Below the pieces are notes generated by a model that ran no database searches, was not told the DNA's origin, and worked only from the letters and a program-made list of their open reading frames with translations. A DNA stretch of 63,490 nucleotides, filler included, from Globobulimina sp. (Eukaryota): the NCBI GenBank assembly GCA_003354225.1. It is 45 parts of 45 records of this genome, joined end to end, with 100 filler letters (N's around TTAATTAATTAA, not from the genome) between each part and the next. Parts side by side here need not be neighbours in the genome. Positions count along the whole stretch, not along the records: positions 24,036 to 25,348 come from PIVH01018857.1; positions 25,449 to 26,761 come from PIVH01018858.1; positions 26,862 to 28,174 come from PIVH01018859.1; positions 28,275 to 29,587 come from PIVH01018860.1; positions 29,688 to 31,000 come from PIVH01018861.1; positions 31,101 to 32,413 come from PIVH01018862.1; positions 32,514 to 33,826 come from PIVH01018863.1; positions 33,927 to 35,239 come from PIVH01018864.1; 37 more parts are not named here. The stretch is one strand, 5' to 3'. Of this stretch, positions 25,021-36,763 are shown one piece after another. The position numbers were made by a program, and so were the translations under genes. Numbering within the stretch: position 1 is the stretch's first letter; every line of letters begins with the position of its first letter.

Positions 25021-25222
25021 TGAATTGGATTTGGATGAATGTGATGATGAGGAGCTATTGCATGCCCATCATCATAATTTAAATTTATTGTTTTGTTTTT
25101 TCACACAAAAAAAACATTTATTCGTTTCTAAAAATAAAAAAATAAAAATAAACTACAGCGTATAATTATGATGATGGGCATGCACTAGCTCCTCATCATC
25201 ATATTCATCCAAATCCAATTCA
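25021..25222. repeat. 59-bp inverted repeat (25021-25079 / 25164-25222), MITE-like
   Basis: Arms differ at 2 positions; the spacer is AT-rich. Confidence 0.9.
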
Positions 25223-25448
25223 TTTTTTCTTTTTGTTTCCCAATTTTTTCATCCAATCCGTGGTCATCCAAGACCCCAAATCCTTTCTTTCCAAATTCCT
25301 TTTTTTTTCTTTTTTCTTTTTCCAATTTTTCTATTCAATCTGTGGTGGNNNNNNNNNNNNNNNNNNNNNNNNNNNNNNNNNNNNNNNNNNNNTTAATTAA
25401 TTAANNNNNNNNNNNNNNNNNNNNNNNNNNNNNNNNNNNNNNNNNNNN

Positions 25449-26759
25449 ACACAATAAATGCCAATTGTTACTGGTATTTTCCCCAACCATATATATCCTA
25501 AACATTTGAAAATATTCATCAGTATCAATTGTCCACGTATGCGTAGCGAATGCTTTATTTAAATTTGTATCATTTTCATGTTTTTTCAACACTTTCCAAT
25601 TATTCTCATCATTGCTTCCTTCAAAATTCCATGTCTTGGGATAATGAGCATTATTGTCATCATGTTTCAATGTATAATGCGATGGTTTAATCTTTAATTT
25701 TGGTCGGAAATCAATACTAATCCATGCATGTTTTACTGACTGTGTATTACTATTCACATTAGATCTTCCAACAACGTTTTCTATCGCTCCAGTACACCAA
25801 CCAGTTGATTCCAAGCGAATTAACCCCTGTTTGGCTGGATTTGACTATTCTTTTTTCCCATAATTTGAGCCTACTCCATAACATATACCATTACTATCAA
25901 AATCTGATTCATACACAAACCTATCATCATATGACAATGTCTTAAATTGAACAGTTTTTGCTTTATATTTCATCATTTTCCTCATTGTTTTGTTATGTGA
26001 TTGATATAAATTAAGAAACATTGTATAATTTGTATTTTTAGTCAATGACTGTAAATCAAACTGATATTTCTTTTTATTTTTATCAAATTTTAATATTGAA
26101 TATTCCACATTTTTTTCTTCTTTTTCATCAATATTGATATCGTTGTTTGAAGCTTCTAATTTCATAAATAATGTTGACACAACTTTTCGATTTTGATCCT
26201 TTTCTGATAACATTGCAGTAAAATGGACGCTGACATTTGATGATGTAATTGATTTACAGTCAACTGCCTCAATTAAAGGAATTGGATGTTGTACGATGTC
26301 ATAAATCTGAGCTAAACTATCAATAAAATGAGATACCGAATGTTTGTCAAAATCAAATGTGACTTTTGTATCAATATTTGCCACGTCATCACACAATACA
26401 TTTTTGATAATATCATCAACTGCGGCAATTATTTTATATTTTCTTTTGGTTCTATCCATATTAACATCATCTTGCAACAAACTACATTTTTTCAATGCAT
26501 TTTCAATATTTTGCTGTTCTTTATTTATTTTATTTGATTGTGCAGAAATTTGAGATTTTTTCGCCTTTTCAACGCTTTTTAATTGACTTAAAATTTCTTG
26601 TTTTTTGGAATCAATTCGTTGCAATAAATTATTAAATGATGACTCGATATTTGTATGACATTCTTTGATGTTTTTGGTCAATGAATCATTGGATATTTTA
26701 ATTTGTTGTTGATAATCTAATATTTTCGCCTTGTATTTATTTAATTTATCGGTTGCTTC
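25449..26759 (-). pseudogene. Coiled-coil + FN3-like + F5/8 type C (discoidin, HECTD1-like) protein with in-frame TAG
   Basis: FVYESDFDSNGI...KKE*SNPAKQGLI...WISIDF...PSHYTLKH...WNFEGSND...FRI; single TAG at 25845-25847. Confidence 0.8.
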
Positions 26760-26861
26760 TTNNNNNNNNNNNNNNNNNNNNNNNNNNNNNNNNNNNNNNN
26801 NNNNNTTAATTAATTAANNNNNNNNNNNNNNNNNNNNNNNNNNNNNNNNNNNNNNNNNNNN

Positions 26862-28059
26862 GGAAAAAAATATTTTGCAAAGTATAGCCAAATAATACAT
26901 CTGTACTGCGGACCAAAGATGCGATGCCTGAATGCATTTGTTTTTAAAAACTGGATTCATTTTGCTGATCAACCAAAAAATATACGAATGTACCTGCTGG
27001 AATGTATTGAATTGATTTTGTTTTTAAATATTGTCCAGAAAAGCCGAAAACCCCTAAACTAAATAGCAACGCTGGTTGATACCACGTTGACAAATCAATG
27101 CTTTTCCAATCATTCACATTTGTCGCACCGATGACTAACGAACCAACAATTGCTCCCACTCCGTATGCATATACCTATTTATTCAGAAACGCATAAACTA
27201 TAACTTGCATTTTCAACATACAAAATAATTATATTAACAGAGTATGTTGCTTTAATGTGTTTCAATTTGCGTAACACCAAAAACGCTCCGGAATTGACAA
27301 ATGAACCAAACAAACAATATGCAACACCGGTAGCATACGAAGGATCCGCCACTGCTTTAATCTTGCCGGGAAATAAGAAACTTGGCTGAGCAATGAGACT
27401 AATTCCAAATATTCCTAATATCAAAGCAATAAAATGGTAAAATCTAATTCGTTCTTTTAAAAATATTGCAGCGAATATTATCGTCCATATTGGAAACGTC
27501 GCGAAGATAGTAACAGAGTCACCCAACGGCAACAATCCTAGACCACAATAATTAGTGTACGCTGTGAAAAAACCTAATATGCCACGAATACATACATACA
27601 TCCAATCGGTTTGGTTTTGGGGTCCAAGATTTCTGGGCTTATAATGATGTGTTGGAATATTAGTTTCCGGATTTTCGTCTTTTGTGCATAAATAATTATC
27701 ATAAACATCAATCATTCCCGTACAAAATATTTGAATAATACCCCGGATTAATAACACTTCAAACGCTTCAAAACCTTTTATTGGTATTGTTATGTTTGTG
27801 TTAATTAGTATAATAAATATCTATTTATTTAACCTTCAATTTTAGCAAATTTCACCCAACAACTTTGAAATTGTAATGCTAAGCCTGCGCATAAAACATA
27901 ACCAACACCGATAAAATAACCAATTTTTGAGCTACTATCGGAATTATTGTCTGTTTTAATAACATTTGTTGTTATAACATGTTGATGGTCTTTTGTTTCT
28001 GCTGTAACACTTGAAATATCAGAAATTGAATTTTGACTGACACGTACTTTCCCTGACAT
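26862..28059 (-). CDS. EamA/DMT (SLC35G-like) transporter; 4 exons, 3'-truncated
   Basis: RGILG, LPLGDS.TI..T.PIWT.IFA.IFLKE, LIAQP.FLF. Introns 27775-27833, 27175-27238 and 26928-26993 all restore frame (ending IPAGIASLVRSTDV). Confidence 0.93.
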
Positions 28060-28444
28060 GATTTGACTAAAAGCAAGTAAAAACAACTGCTTTAAACATG
28101 GCTGCCTTAAACATGGCGCAAATAATGGAGGACAACAAATCACGTGTCCCACCACAACTGCATTCAATGATATCNNNNNNNNNNNNNNNNNNNNNNNNNN
28201 NNNNNNNNNNNNNNNNNNTTAATTAATTAANNNNNNNNNNNNNNNNNNNNNNNNNNNNNNNNNNNNNNNNNNNNGCCCTCCACCTTCATCAGTCTGTAGA
28301 TGCAAAATAGGTATCTTAATATATGCGCTTTCCCGTAAAATACAAAAAAAAATTGCGACATTTTCAGTTTCAAACGTAAAATATGTACAGAAACGCTTAG
28401 TTAATACTCAGTTTCAAACTGAAATGGTGCATATTGGTGATTAC

Positions 28445-29458
28445 CTTTCCTGAACCACCGGGTTTTTGAGATCGAGCGTTCTGTATTTTGGGTCTTTCCT
28501 AGCTAATCGCTTTGCGACTTTATGCAAATCATCAAATAATTTCAATGGGTCTTGATGTGTGATATTCGACTCAATGGTGGTCAGAATGCGGATGAAATCC
28601 TTTTTTGTAGAGTCGATGTCGCCGCCGTCTGGGGATGGGTTCTCAGATAATTTAGTATTGGCATCGACAGAGATCCAATCAAAGGCAGCGTGCGAGAACG
28701 GTGTCTGCGCCGCCGCCGTATCGCCATATATGACAGATATGGCCGCATTATTTACATCCAAACCAACATCTAGACTCATTTTGCCCATTCTGGGCGAGAC
28801 TGGCTGCGAGGATGGATTTGACTGACTATCAACGGATATGGTGACACTGTCTTCATTGGACGGGTTTTTCTTATGTAACAATCGCGGCGAGAAACAGACG
28901 TTACACGTCATTAATTCTCCACTATTATGCGCGGTGCACAGCTTACAATCCCATTCTTTCTGTTTGTAAATGCGTTTTTGCGCATATTCTGTATAATTAT
29001 TAGATATTACAAACGTTTTTTAATTGCTTTCTCATCTGTTCGGGAGTGAGGGTGACTGTACGTGATGGCGGCGATGGTTTCGTCGTTGGTGAGTGAGGTG
29101 GAGGTGGTGAGGTGGACGAAGTTGTATTTTCAACACAATTTTCAATTGCGATTCGAAAACAGGTGGCGGTATCTTCGGATTTAAATCGTGCCGCGAGTAT
29201 GTATTCATTATTATGTTTTGTATCTGTCCCTTTTAATATGTATGATTTGTTGCCTTTGGGTTTTGTTTTTGGTTTACATTGAAACACTGTTCCTGTGTTT
29301 GCTTGCGGTGCATTGCCATTTTTATCGATTACTTTTACTATTATATGGGTTGGGTTGTGTATATTTGTCATTAATATTAAGGTTCCATTTCCTACTTTCT
29401 TCCATTGTTGATTCTCCAAAATATATAATGAACCAAAGTCATTAAACTGCTCTGTCAT
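28445..29458 (-). CDS. RanBD/PH-like + RanBP2-type zinc finger + PUB-like domain protein
   Basis: WKKVGNGTL..LAARFKSE; intron 28960-29014 yields WDCKLCTAHN-x6-CNVC; KYRTLDLKNPVVQER is PUB-like. Confidence 0.8.
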
Positions 29459-29706
29459 TCTCTCCACCTCAGTTCAAAATTATAAACGTTTATTTGATAG
29501 CAGTTTTTGAGTGAACTAGTCCATGGAGTCGGACTGGAGTGATAAGTTTGGTGGGTAAAGACGGCAACCTTTTAATTGAAGCGTCGANNNNNNNNNNNNN
29601 NNNNNNNNNNNNNNNNNNNNNNNNNNNNNNNTTAATTAATTAANNNNNNNNNNNNNNNNNNNNNNNNNNNNNNNNNNNNNNNNNNNNATATATATATATA
29701 TATCTA

Positions 29707-30829
29707 TCAGATATAGTTTGGTACAAAACTATAAATATCGTCTCCAATGATGTCCCATCCAGCATCGATTTCTGACGATATAAAAGTTACAATAATGACC
29801 ACAACAAGTGCAGCAGGAACAAATTTAAACCATTGCAATCGTTTTGAGGTTTGACCAAACTTATGAAATAATAAAATTGCGATACAAAAAAAGCTTAACA
29901 AAAAAGAATTAAAATGAATATTTCTAATATTTTGAGCCAATGAAATGATATTAACGATAAGCTCTTCTCCTTCAATCTCGATTTGAAATAAAAACTTCAT
30001 TTGACTCATACCAATTAATATGGCCGCAGCAAAGGTGAATCCAACAATAACCGGTTCCGCCAACATATTGGCAAACACGCCCGCATTTATAATACCTAAA
30101 AATAAGGCAATAATTCCAACTTGGAAAGCTAAACAGGATGCATACGCTACGTATAATGTGCTGTCGACAATATGATTATCATCATCATCATCCATACCAG
30201 GCAAACGTATTAATGTTTCTTCAGTCATAAGCGAAACAATAGCAACTGGCGCGATAATCAGTTGACCGCTAGTTCCCAGCAATGCATATAATGTATGTCC
30301 GAACATTGCCGAATATAAGCCATGAATTGGTGGCAATCCCGCAATTAATGCATATCCCATGGACTGGGGTATAACCTATGGAGACGGGGATGGAGATTGT
30401 AATGATTATTGTCAACAATACAAACACATCTCTTTATATTATATTATATAATTAAAAATTAATTGCATGCAGTCCTGTGTTTGTATTGTCGACAATAACC
30501 ATTACAATCGCTGTTAATGCTGCTATTAAGTCATAGACAAAATATTTCTTCCATTTATATCGTGGAAACCAATATAAAATGGGTAAATGTGATTGAATAT
30601 ATCTTGCATAATTGTTTTTATATGGATAATATGGTATTAACTGGAAATTATCGTCTTCATAGACCATTGATTGCATTGTTAATCTGCCTGCTTCACTTTT
30701 ACCACGTAACGACGACACATTACTTCCACTTTTGGCGTAATGAGTACTTCCACGAAATGATACATTTTGATAATCTAATTTTGTGATATCTGGAGCAATC
30801 AAAGCTGTTGACGAGCTACCAGTGGTCAT
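29707..30829 (-). CDS. SLC26/SulP sulfate-anion transporter, N-terminal part
   Basis: LPILYWFPRY.W...DLIAALT; intron 30376-30499 gives VIPQSMGYALIAGLPPIHGLYSA; YALLGTS, EPVIVGFT. Confidence 0.95.
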
Positions 30830-30890
30830 GTTTAGCAAAAAATGTGCAAGGACGAGATCAGTCGAGATATGCGCTATAGATCTAGCTCAT

Positions 30891-30935
30891 AGCGGTAAGA
30901 CTAAAAGCGGTAAGACTAAAAGCGGTAAGACTAAA
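30891..30935. repeat. (AGCGGTAAGACTAAA)x3 upstream of the SLC26 gene
   Basis: Three exact 15-bp tandem copies. Confidence 0.9.
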
Positions 30936-31100
30936 ATAATGTAATAGACAAGATAATAAATAGCAAACACAATTGCCAGATCCGGGGAGAAATCACCGAC
31001 NNNNNNNNNNNNNNNNNNNNNNNNNNNNNNNNNNNNNNNNNNNNTTAATTAATTAANNNNNNNNNNNNNNNNNNNNNNNNNNNNNNNNNNNNNNNNNNNN

Positions 31101-31788
31101 GTTTCTTTTTAATTAATAATTTCCTTTTATTATTCCGATTGTTCACAACCTTTTTCTTCTGCACAACACCACCACCATTCTTTCTATTTTTATTTCCCGC
31201 CACCACCTCCTCAGCACAATGCGGTATAAACCCAACCGATTTGGGCAACTCGTCCACACTCAGCGCGCCAGGTGCCCCATATTGTTTAGACGGAGGTTGG
31301 TGTTGAGATTGAGGTTGACCGTGTTGTTTAGGCGCAGGTGGTTGCCAATGCTGTTGCTGCGGTGCTGGTTTCTCATATGGTTTGGATGGAAGAGGTTGTT
31401 TGTGCGCTGGAAGGGAGTTCCCAGATACTTGTGGTTGGTGACCACGATTTATATATTTTTGTTGAGGTGCTGGAGGTTGCCAATGTTGTTGTTGCTGCAC
31501 AGGTGGTTGTCCATGTTGTTTAGGAAGTGTTTGTCTGGGTTGTTTGGACGGTGGTTGCCTATGTTTCCCATGTGGCGGTTGGCCATATTGTTGAGATGGC
31601 GGTGGTTGTCGGTGTTGTTGTTTAGGTGGGTACGTATGCTGCTTATTTGGAGGTGGTTTCCCACGTTGTCCATGTGGTGGTTGACCATTTTGTTTAGGAG
31701 CAGGTGGTTGCCACTGCTGTTTCGGTTGCTGGCCATGTTGTTGATTTTTGTTTTGTTTTGCATTTGGATTGGAATAGTTAAACGCCAT
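31101..31788 (-). CDS. Gln/Pro-rich repetitive N-terminus (QQHGQPP / WQPPAP), 3'-truncated
   Basis: ATG-started ORF with repeated heptapeptides. Confidence 0.75.
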
Positions 31789-32513
31789 TTAGTGTTTGTT
31801 TGATGTTGAATACTTAAAAGTTTTTGCTCAGCTACATGCATAATTTGCATAATACCTAATCCCCGTTCTAATTAACTTAACACTACACCTTTCTCGTAGT
31901 ACAGGTTAATAGCAATATGTATTCTGATGATTCAAATACTGGTTCTTCAGGTATTTGTGTATATATATTTTGAATAATCCATTAATTTCAGATCAAAAAA
32001 AAATAGATTCTGATGCAACACCGATACTCAATAAAGATGAATCATGCTTACACTGCTTGCCAACCCCGCTTCCATTCAATAAACAAAAATGTAGAAATTT
32101 AGACTTAATACAAAAGAGATATTTAAAAATGAAATTTAGCAAAACAAACCGTAGAAAACATAATCATCATACCACTAAATACACATTGTCTTGGATAGGA
32201 ACAAATATATTGGGCAATTTAGGAGATATAAATGACACATTCAATCAACTCAACTTAGCACACAACGCAGCACAACAACCTACATTGGAATCGTTGCGGG
32301 CACAGCAAAGATTTGGTATTCATCATCCAAATTTAACTAAATACCATCCCACACATCCTGTTATTATTGAAGCTTTACCAAAATTAAACATAAAAGAAAA
32401 CAAAACGCAGCAANNNNNNNNNNNNNNNNNNNNNNNNNNNNNNNNNNNNNNNNNNNNTTAATTAATTAANNNNNNNNNNNNNNNNNNNNNNNNNNNNNNN
32501 NNNNNNNNNNNNN

Positions 32514-32661
32514 TTAGATCGCCCGATTCGCCATAAAAATGAATCAAAGTGTTCAACAGTTGAATGGTAATGCGGTTGTAATCCATATTCGTTATATTGA
32601 GTATATTTTGACCACGTTCAAAGTCTTTCAGATCTAAGCACAAAATACAATTTATAAACAC
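32514..32661 (-). pseudogene. Pentatricopeptide repeat fragment continuing across the terminal-repeat junction (33771 down to ~33650)
   Basis: IQLLNTLIHFYGESGDL|KNALSVFNSIAKHKKDAIT is PLS-type PPR-like. Confidence 0.7.
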
Positions 32662-32715
32662 AGTGAAAAATTATTACAAATATATTTAAATTCAACATTA
32701 AAAAAAGCATTGCAG

Positions 32716-33330
32716 TTATTTGCATATTTTATTATATTTATTATAATAATCAATTAAAGTTTGGGGCATGCACGCGTTGAAAATCTCAACTCGCCATACA
32801 CCATTAATGAAAAGATTTTTATTATTTGCACAAAAATGTGGATTATTGCAATATCCCATTAATATTTTTATTGCATTGATGTATACATTACAAATATCCA
32901 TATGTTCAGTATTTCTTTCTCTTTCATTTATTCCTTTTAATTCCACATTATCGTAATGTCGTGTTTTACCAATTACTTTAAATGCATTATCATAAACAAC
33001 ATCAGCACCGCATTTTGTCCATTGTTTTTGCACGCGACCACCATCGAAGTAAATTATTAGATTTATAATATAATTTCCAGTTTGTTTCGAAATATCTTCC
33101 ATGCGACCAATGTCCTGAGCAATATATGGCCCCCAATGCTTACGATTTCCCGGGTCATAGAATTCGCCAATAAATAATACGTGACTATCTTGGGAAACTT
33201 CCTTGGTTTCTTCGAAGCATTGCTCTTTTTTTGATATAAATGAATAGTCCACAAAAGCGCAACCTGCGCCACTTTGAGATTTGATATTAAATTTATAATA
33301 CGTCTCCATTTGAATAAAAATATCCGGCAA
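32716..33330 (-). CDS. Hypothetical protein (~200 aa)
   Basis: Open 204-codon frame with globular composition; no family recognised. Confidence 0.55.
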   Translation of the reverse strand: MPDIFIQMETYYKFNIKSQSGAGCAFVDYSFISKKEQCFEETKEVSQDSHVLFIGEFYDPGNRKHWGPYIAQDIGRMEDISKQTGNYIINLIIYFDGGRVQKQWTKCGADVVYDNAFKVIGKTRHYDNVELKGINERERNTEHMDICNVYINAIKILMGYCNNPHFCANNKNLFINGVWRVEIFNACMPQTLIDYYNKYNKICK

Positions 33331-33341
33331 ATAACCCCGTA

Positions 33342-33646
33342 CTTGCGTGGTTCAGTTGGGCGATTTGCGTGGTTCAGTTGGGTGTTATTTATTTGGGAGA
33401 TTTGCGTGGTTCAGTTGGGTGTCATTTGGCCGGCGATTTGCGTGGTGTGATTCAGTTGGGCGATTTGCGTGGTTCATTTAGGTGTGATTTGGCCGGCGAT
33501 TTGCAGAGTTCAGTTGGGTGTGATTTATTTGGGCGATTTGCGTGGTTCAGTTGGGTGTGCTTTTTTGAGGAACAGTGGAATTGGTATAAATTTAAATGGT
33601 TCATTTGGGTGTGATTTGGCCGGCGATTTGCCTGGTTCAGTTGGGA
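33342..33646. repeat. Minisatellite of GATTTGCGTGGTTCAGTTGGG(TGT) / GATTTGGCCGGC modules
   Basis: About 9 copies of GGTTCA(G/T)TT(G/A)GG with variable linkers. Confidence 0.9.
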
Positions 33647-34646
33647 AATTCATCGAAATATTAAAAATAATGCAAATATACACATATTAAATTCATTGAT
33701 TGCATCTTTATTTATTGTGATTGCATCTTTTTTATGTTTAGCTATGGAATTGAATACAGACAATGCATTCTTTAGATCGCCCGATTCGCCATAAAAATGA
33801 ATCAAAGTGTTCAACAGTTGAATGGTNNNNNNNNNNNNNNNNNNNNNNNNNNNNNNNNNNNNNNNNNNNNTTAATTAATTAANNNNNNNNNNNNNNNNNN
33901 NNNNNNNNNNNNNNNNNNNNNNNNNNTATTGCACCTAAAATATAAACATACAGTATCAGCAAGAGGTGAGGAACAAATTATTCTACATAAACTGTCAGTT
34001 CAGTGCAGGATATCGTGGTGGCAAGGCAAATCGCGGCAAAAAATGGACAACATCGCGGCAAAAATGATCAAAATGGCGGCATACAGATGGAAAAATTGAA
34101 TTATTTGTAGTTAAAAAGTACGAGTTATAGTACGTAAAAATTATTTTTACTGTTTATTAAACAAATTTCACCGAAAAAGGGTAAAAATTCAGAATTTTTT
34201 TTAAAATTTCAATACATTTGTACCAAAGATGCTAAAAAATCGCCTGATTTTTTCGATATTTCAACAAAAAATGCCAAAAATCGCAGCATTTTCCCGATAC
34301 AGTATGTAGTTGGCAAAATCAAAAATATGGTAGGTAAGGTACCGAACCGAAACCTTCTTTAGCGACTAATAAAATAATAATAAAGCATGTTCAAAAACCG
34401 TCAGTCTACATTAAAACAATTACTTGACTGGTAGACCATATGAAGTGATTGCAACATCGTTCATCATTTCAGAATTAGGCATACCGCCTCTACATACCTT
34501 AGCTTAAATTAATTTGCATTTATGACAGGAAAAAAGATCTGGAGACAAGACTTTACAATTATCAATCTAACACTTTACAATTTTACTATTTTCCGACAAC
34601 ATTTTTCATCATTTTAGCTAATAATGCATATTTATGTTGCTACATA

Positions 34647-34780
34647 GTAGAGATGAGCACGAGTCCAAAAAATCGGACTCGACTCGACTCGTTTTTTAAG
34701 TTTGTGGACTCGGAATCGACTCGACTCGCTTCCCATGGCATAGGACTCGCTCGGAATCGACTCGCGATCGCGAGTCCTGT
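34647..34780 (+). mobile_element. Probable end of a non-autonomous DNA transposon (TAGAGATG terminus, GACTC subterminal repeats)
   Basis: TAGAGATGAGCACGAGTCC followed by about 9 GACTC(G) motifs, a hAT-derivative-like layout; other end not identified. Confidence 0.45.
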
Positions 34781-35629
34781 CCAAAAAATCGTTCAAAATG
34801 AAAAAATTTCTGATTTTTCGTCTAAAAATGCCATATTTTCAGCTAAAATGTGATTTTTTCACAGTTATTTGCTGAATTTAGCTAAAGGACTAATTATACT
34901 TCTTTAAGAGCAAGTAACTGCATTTCTAACATTACCACATTACCAAGTTTGTGGACTGAATCGCAGCATTTTCCCGATACACAGGTAGGTATAGGTACCA
35001 ATACCTTCTTTAGCGACTAATAAAATAATCATGGCTTGCGCGACAGCCCATGGTTAATTAATAATAATATGGTTAAGTTCGGCCAATGCACATTTTTCGA
35101 GATTCTTTCTTTTCTCTTGAACACGCTAAGCGTTGCGATGAAATGAAAAGTTGTTGTAGTTATTGGTCACGACATGACCCTTTACCTAAACATACCAAGT
35201 TTCATCGAAATAGAAGCATCCGTACGATAGTTAGATTCANNNNNNNNNNNNNNNNNNNNNNNNNNNNNNNNNNNNNNNNNNNNTTAATTAATTAANNNNN
35301 NNNNNNNNNNNNNNNNNNNNNNNNNNNNNNNNNNNNNNNAACATTTTGTATTATTCGTGTTCGATGTATGGACAGGTGCTGTTGTGTGAAATTTCGATCG
35401 CGCTGTCTGGGAAAGGGACGGTTGTGGTGAGGTCTAATGACAAATATAAATCAAATTTATGTGTGAATGCGATACAACTTGTGATTGACTCTAATAATCC
35501 AGGACTTGCTTAGTACTGTTTTTTTTTTTGTATAAATAATGTTGTAATTATTATTGTTTTTTTTGTGACAGGAATGTTGGATTTTATTGGGGTTGTTATT
35601 GTGTTTGCTTTCTTTCTTATAGAGGAATT

Positions 35630-36503
35630 CATAGATCGACAGATCATGATCTCACTGTGATCTATATGCTCTATGATCAGACTATGATCTGACTGTGATC
35701 TGACTATGATCTGTGATCTTACTATGATCTAACTATAACTATAAATAATATATTATTAAATAATAAAAAGATACATATCTAACTATTTTCAAGGTCAAAT
35801 TTGTAGCACATTTGAGCCAATGTATCTGCATCAACTTTCATGGCTTTAGAAGCCTCATTAAGAAAGTCTAAAATGTCCTTATCTGTAACTTTGGTTGTAT
35901 CAAACTCAATCTTTCCGTCATCCAATTCTTTTCGCACAATTTTTGGAAGACGAGCAACACGCAGCGTTGTGAGTCATCGTCCTCTGCGGAGCAGAGTCAG
36001 ATAACTGCTATGGGAGGGACCCATTTACTCTGAGGTTTATTCTGTTGCGTGTTAAAATTATTTGTAAACCTAAACCCATATATAATGTATACTTAATATG
36101 CAATTATATACTCATGGCAATATAAGGTAAATAATCCTAACACGTTTTGTCAACAGTCACAAAATGATCACAGTTAGATCAACACAGATCACAGTAAGAG
36201 CATAGTCAAATCACAGTGAGAGCATAGATCACATAGATCATAGTAAGATCACAGTGAGATCACAGTACGATCACAGATCATAGTCAGATCACAGTCAGAT
36301 CATAGTCCTCGACCATGTGATAGATCGACAGATCATGATCTCACTGTGATCTCTATGCTCTATGATCTGACTATGATCTGACTGTGATCTGACGATGATC
36401 TGTGATCGTACTGTGATCTTACTATGATCTATGTGATCTATGCTCTCACTGTGATTTGACTATGCTCTTACTGTGATCTGTGTTGATCTAACTGTGATCA
36501 TTT
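35630..36503. mobile_element. Foldback-like GATC-rich modular repeat
   Basis: 36162-36307 is the reverse complement of 36369-36503 (one 11-bp indel, one mismatch); 35630-35730 is a direct copy of 36320-36430. Confidence 0.85.
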
Positions 36504-36763
36504 CTTGAGCTTCCCTTAATTGTGGCCCATTATTTTCCCATTTACTGAATGCCTCCCAATCTGGACCATTTCCAATAAAATCTACAAGCTTCAATCTATG
36601 TGCATCTACATCATGCGTCTTATTAACAAATCCATTCCAATCCACATCATTTNNNNNNNNNNNNNNNNNNNNNNNNNNNNNNNNNNNNNNNNNNNNTTAA
36701 TTAATTAANNNNNNNNNNNNNNNNNNNNNNNNNNNNNNNNNNNNNNNNNNNNCTTACACTTAA

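Larger units (their letters stand above)
32514..33826. repeat. Contig with exact 55-bp direct terminal repeat: circular or collapsed tandem 1258-bp unit
   Basis: 32514-32568 is identical to 33772-33826. Confidence 0.92.

Noticed and set aside
31219..31850. Overlapping ORFs on both strands
   Set aside because: Shadow frames of the Gln/Pro repeat gene.
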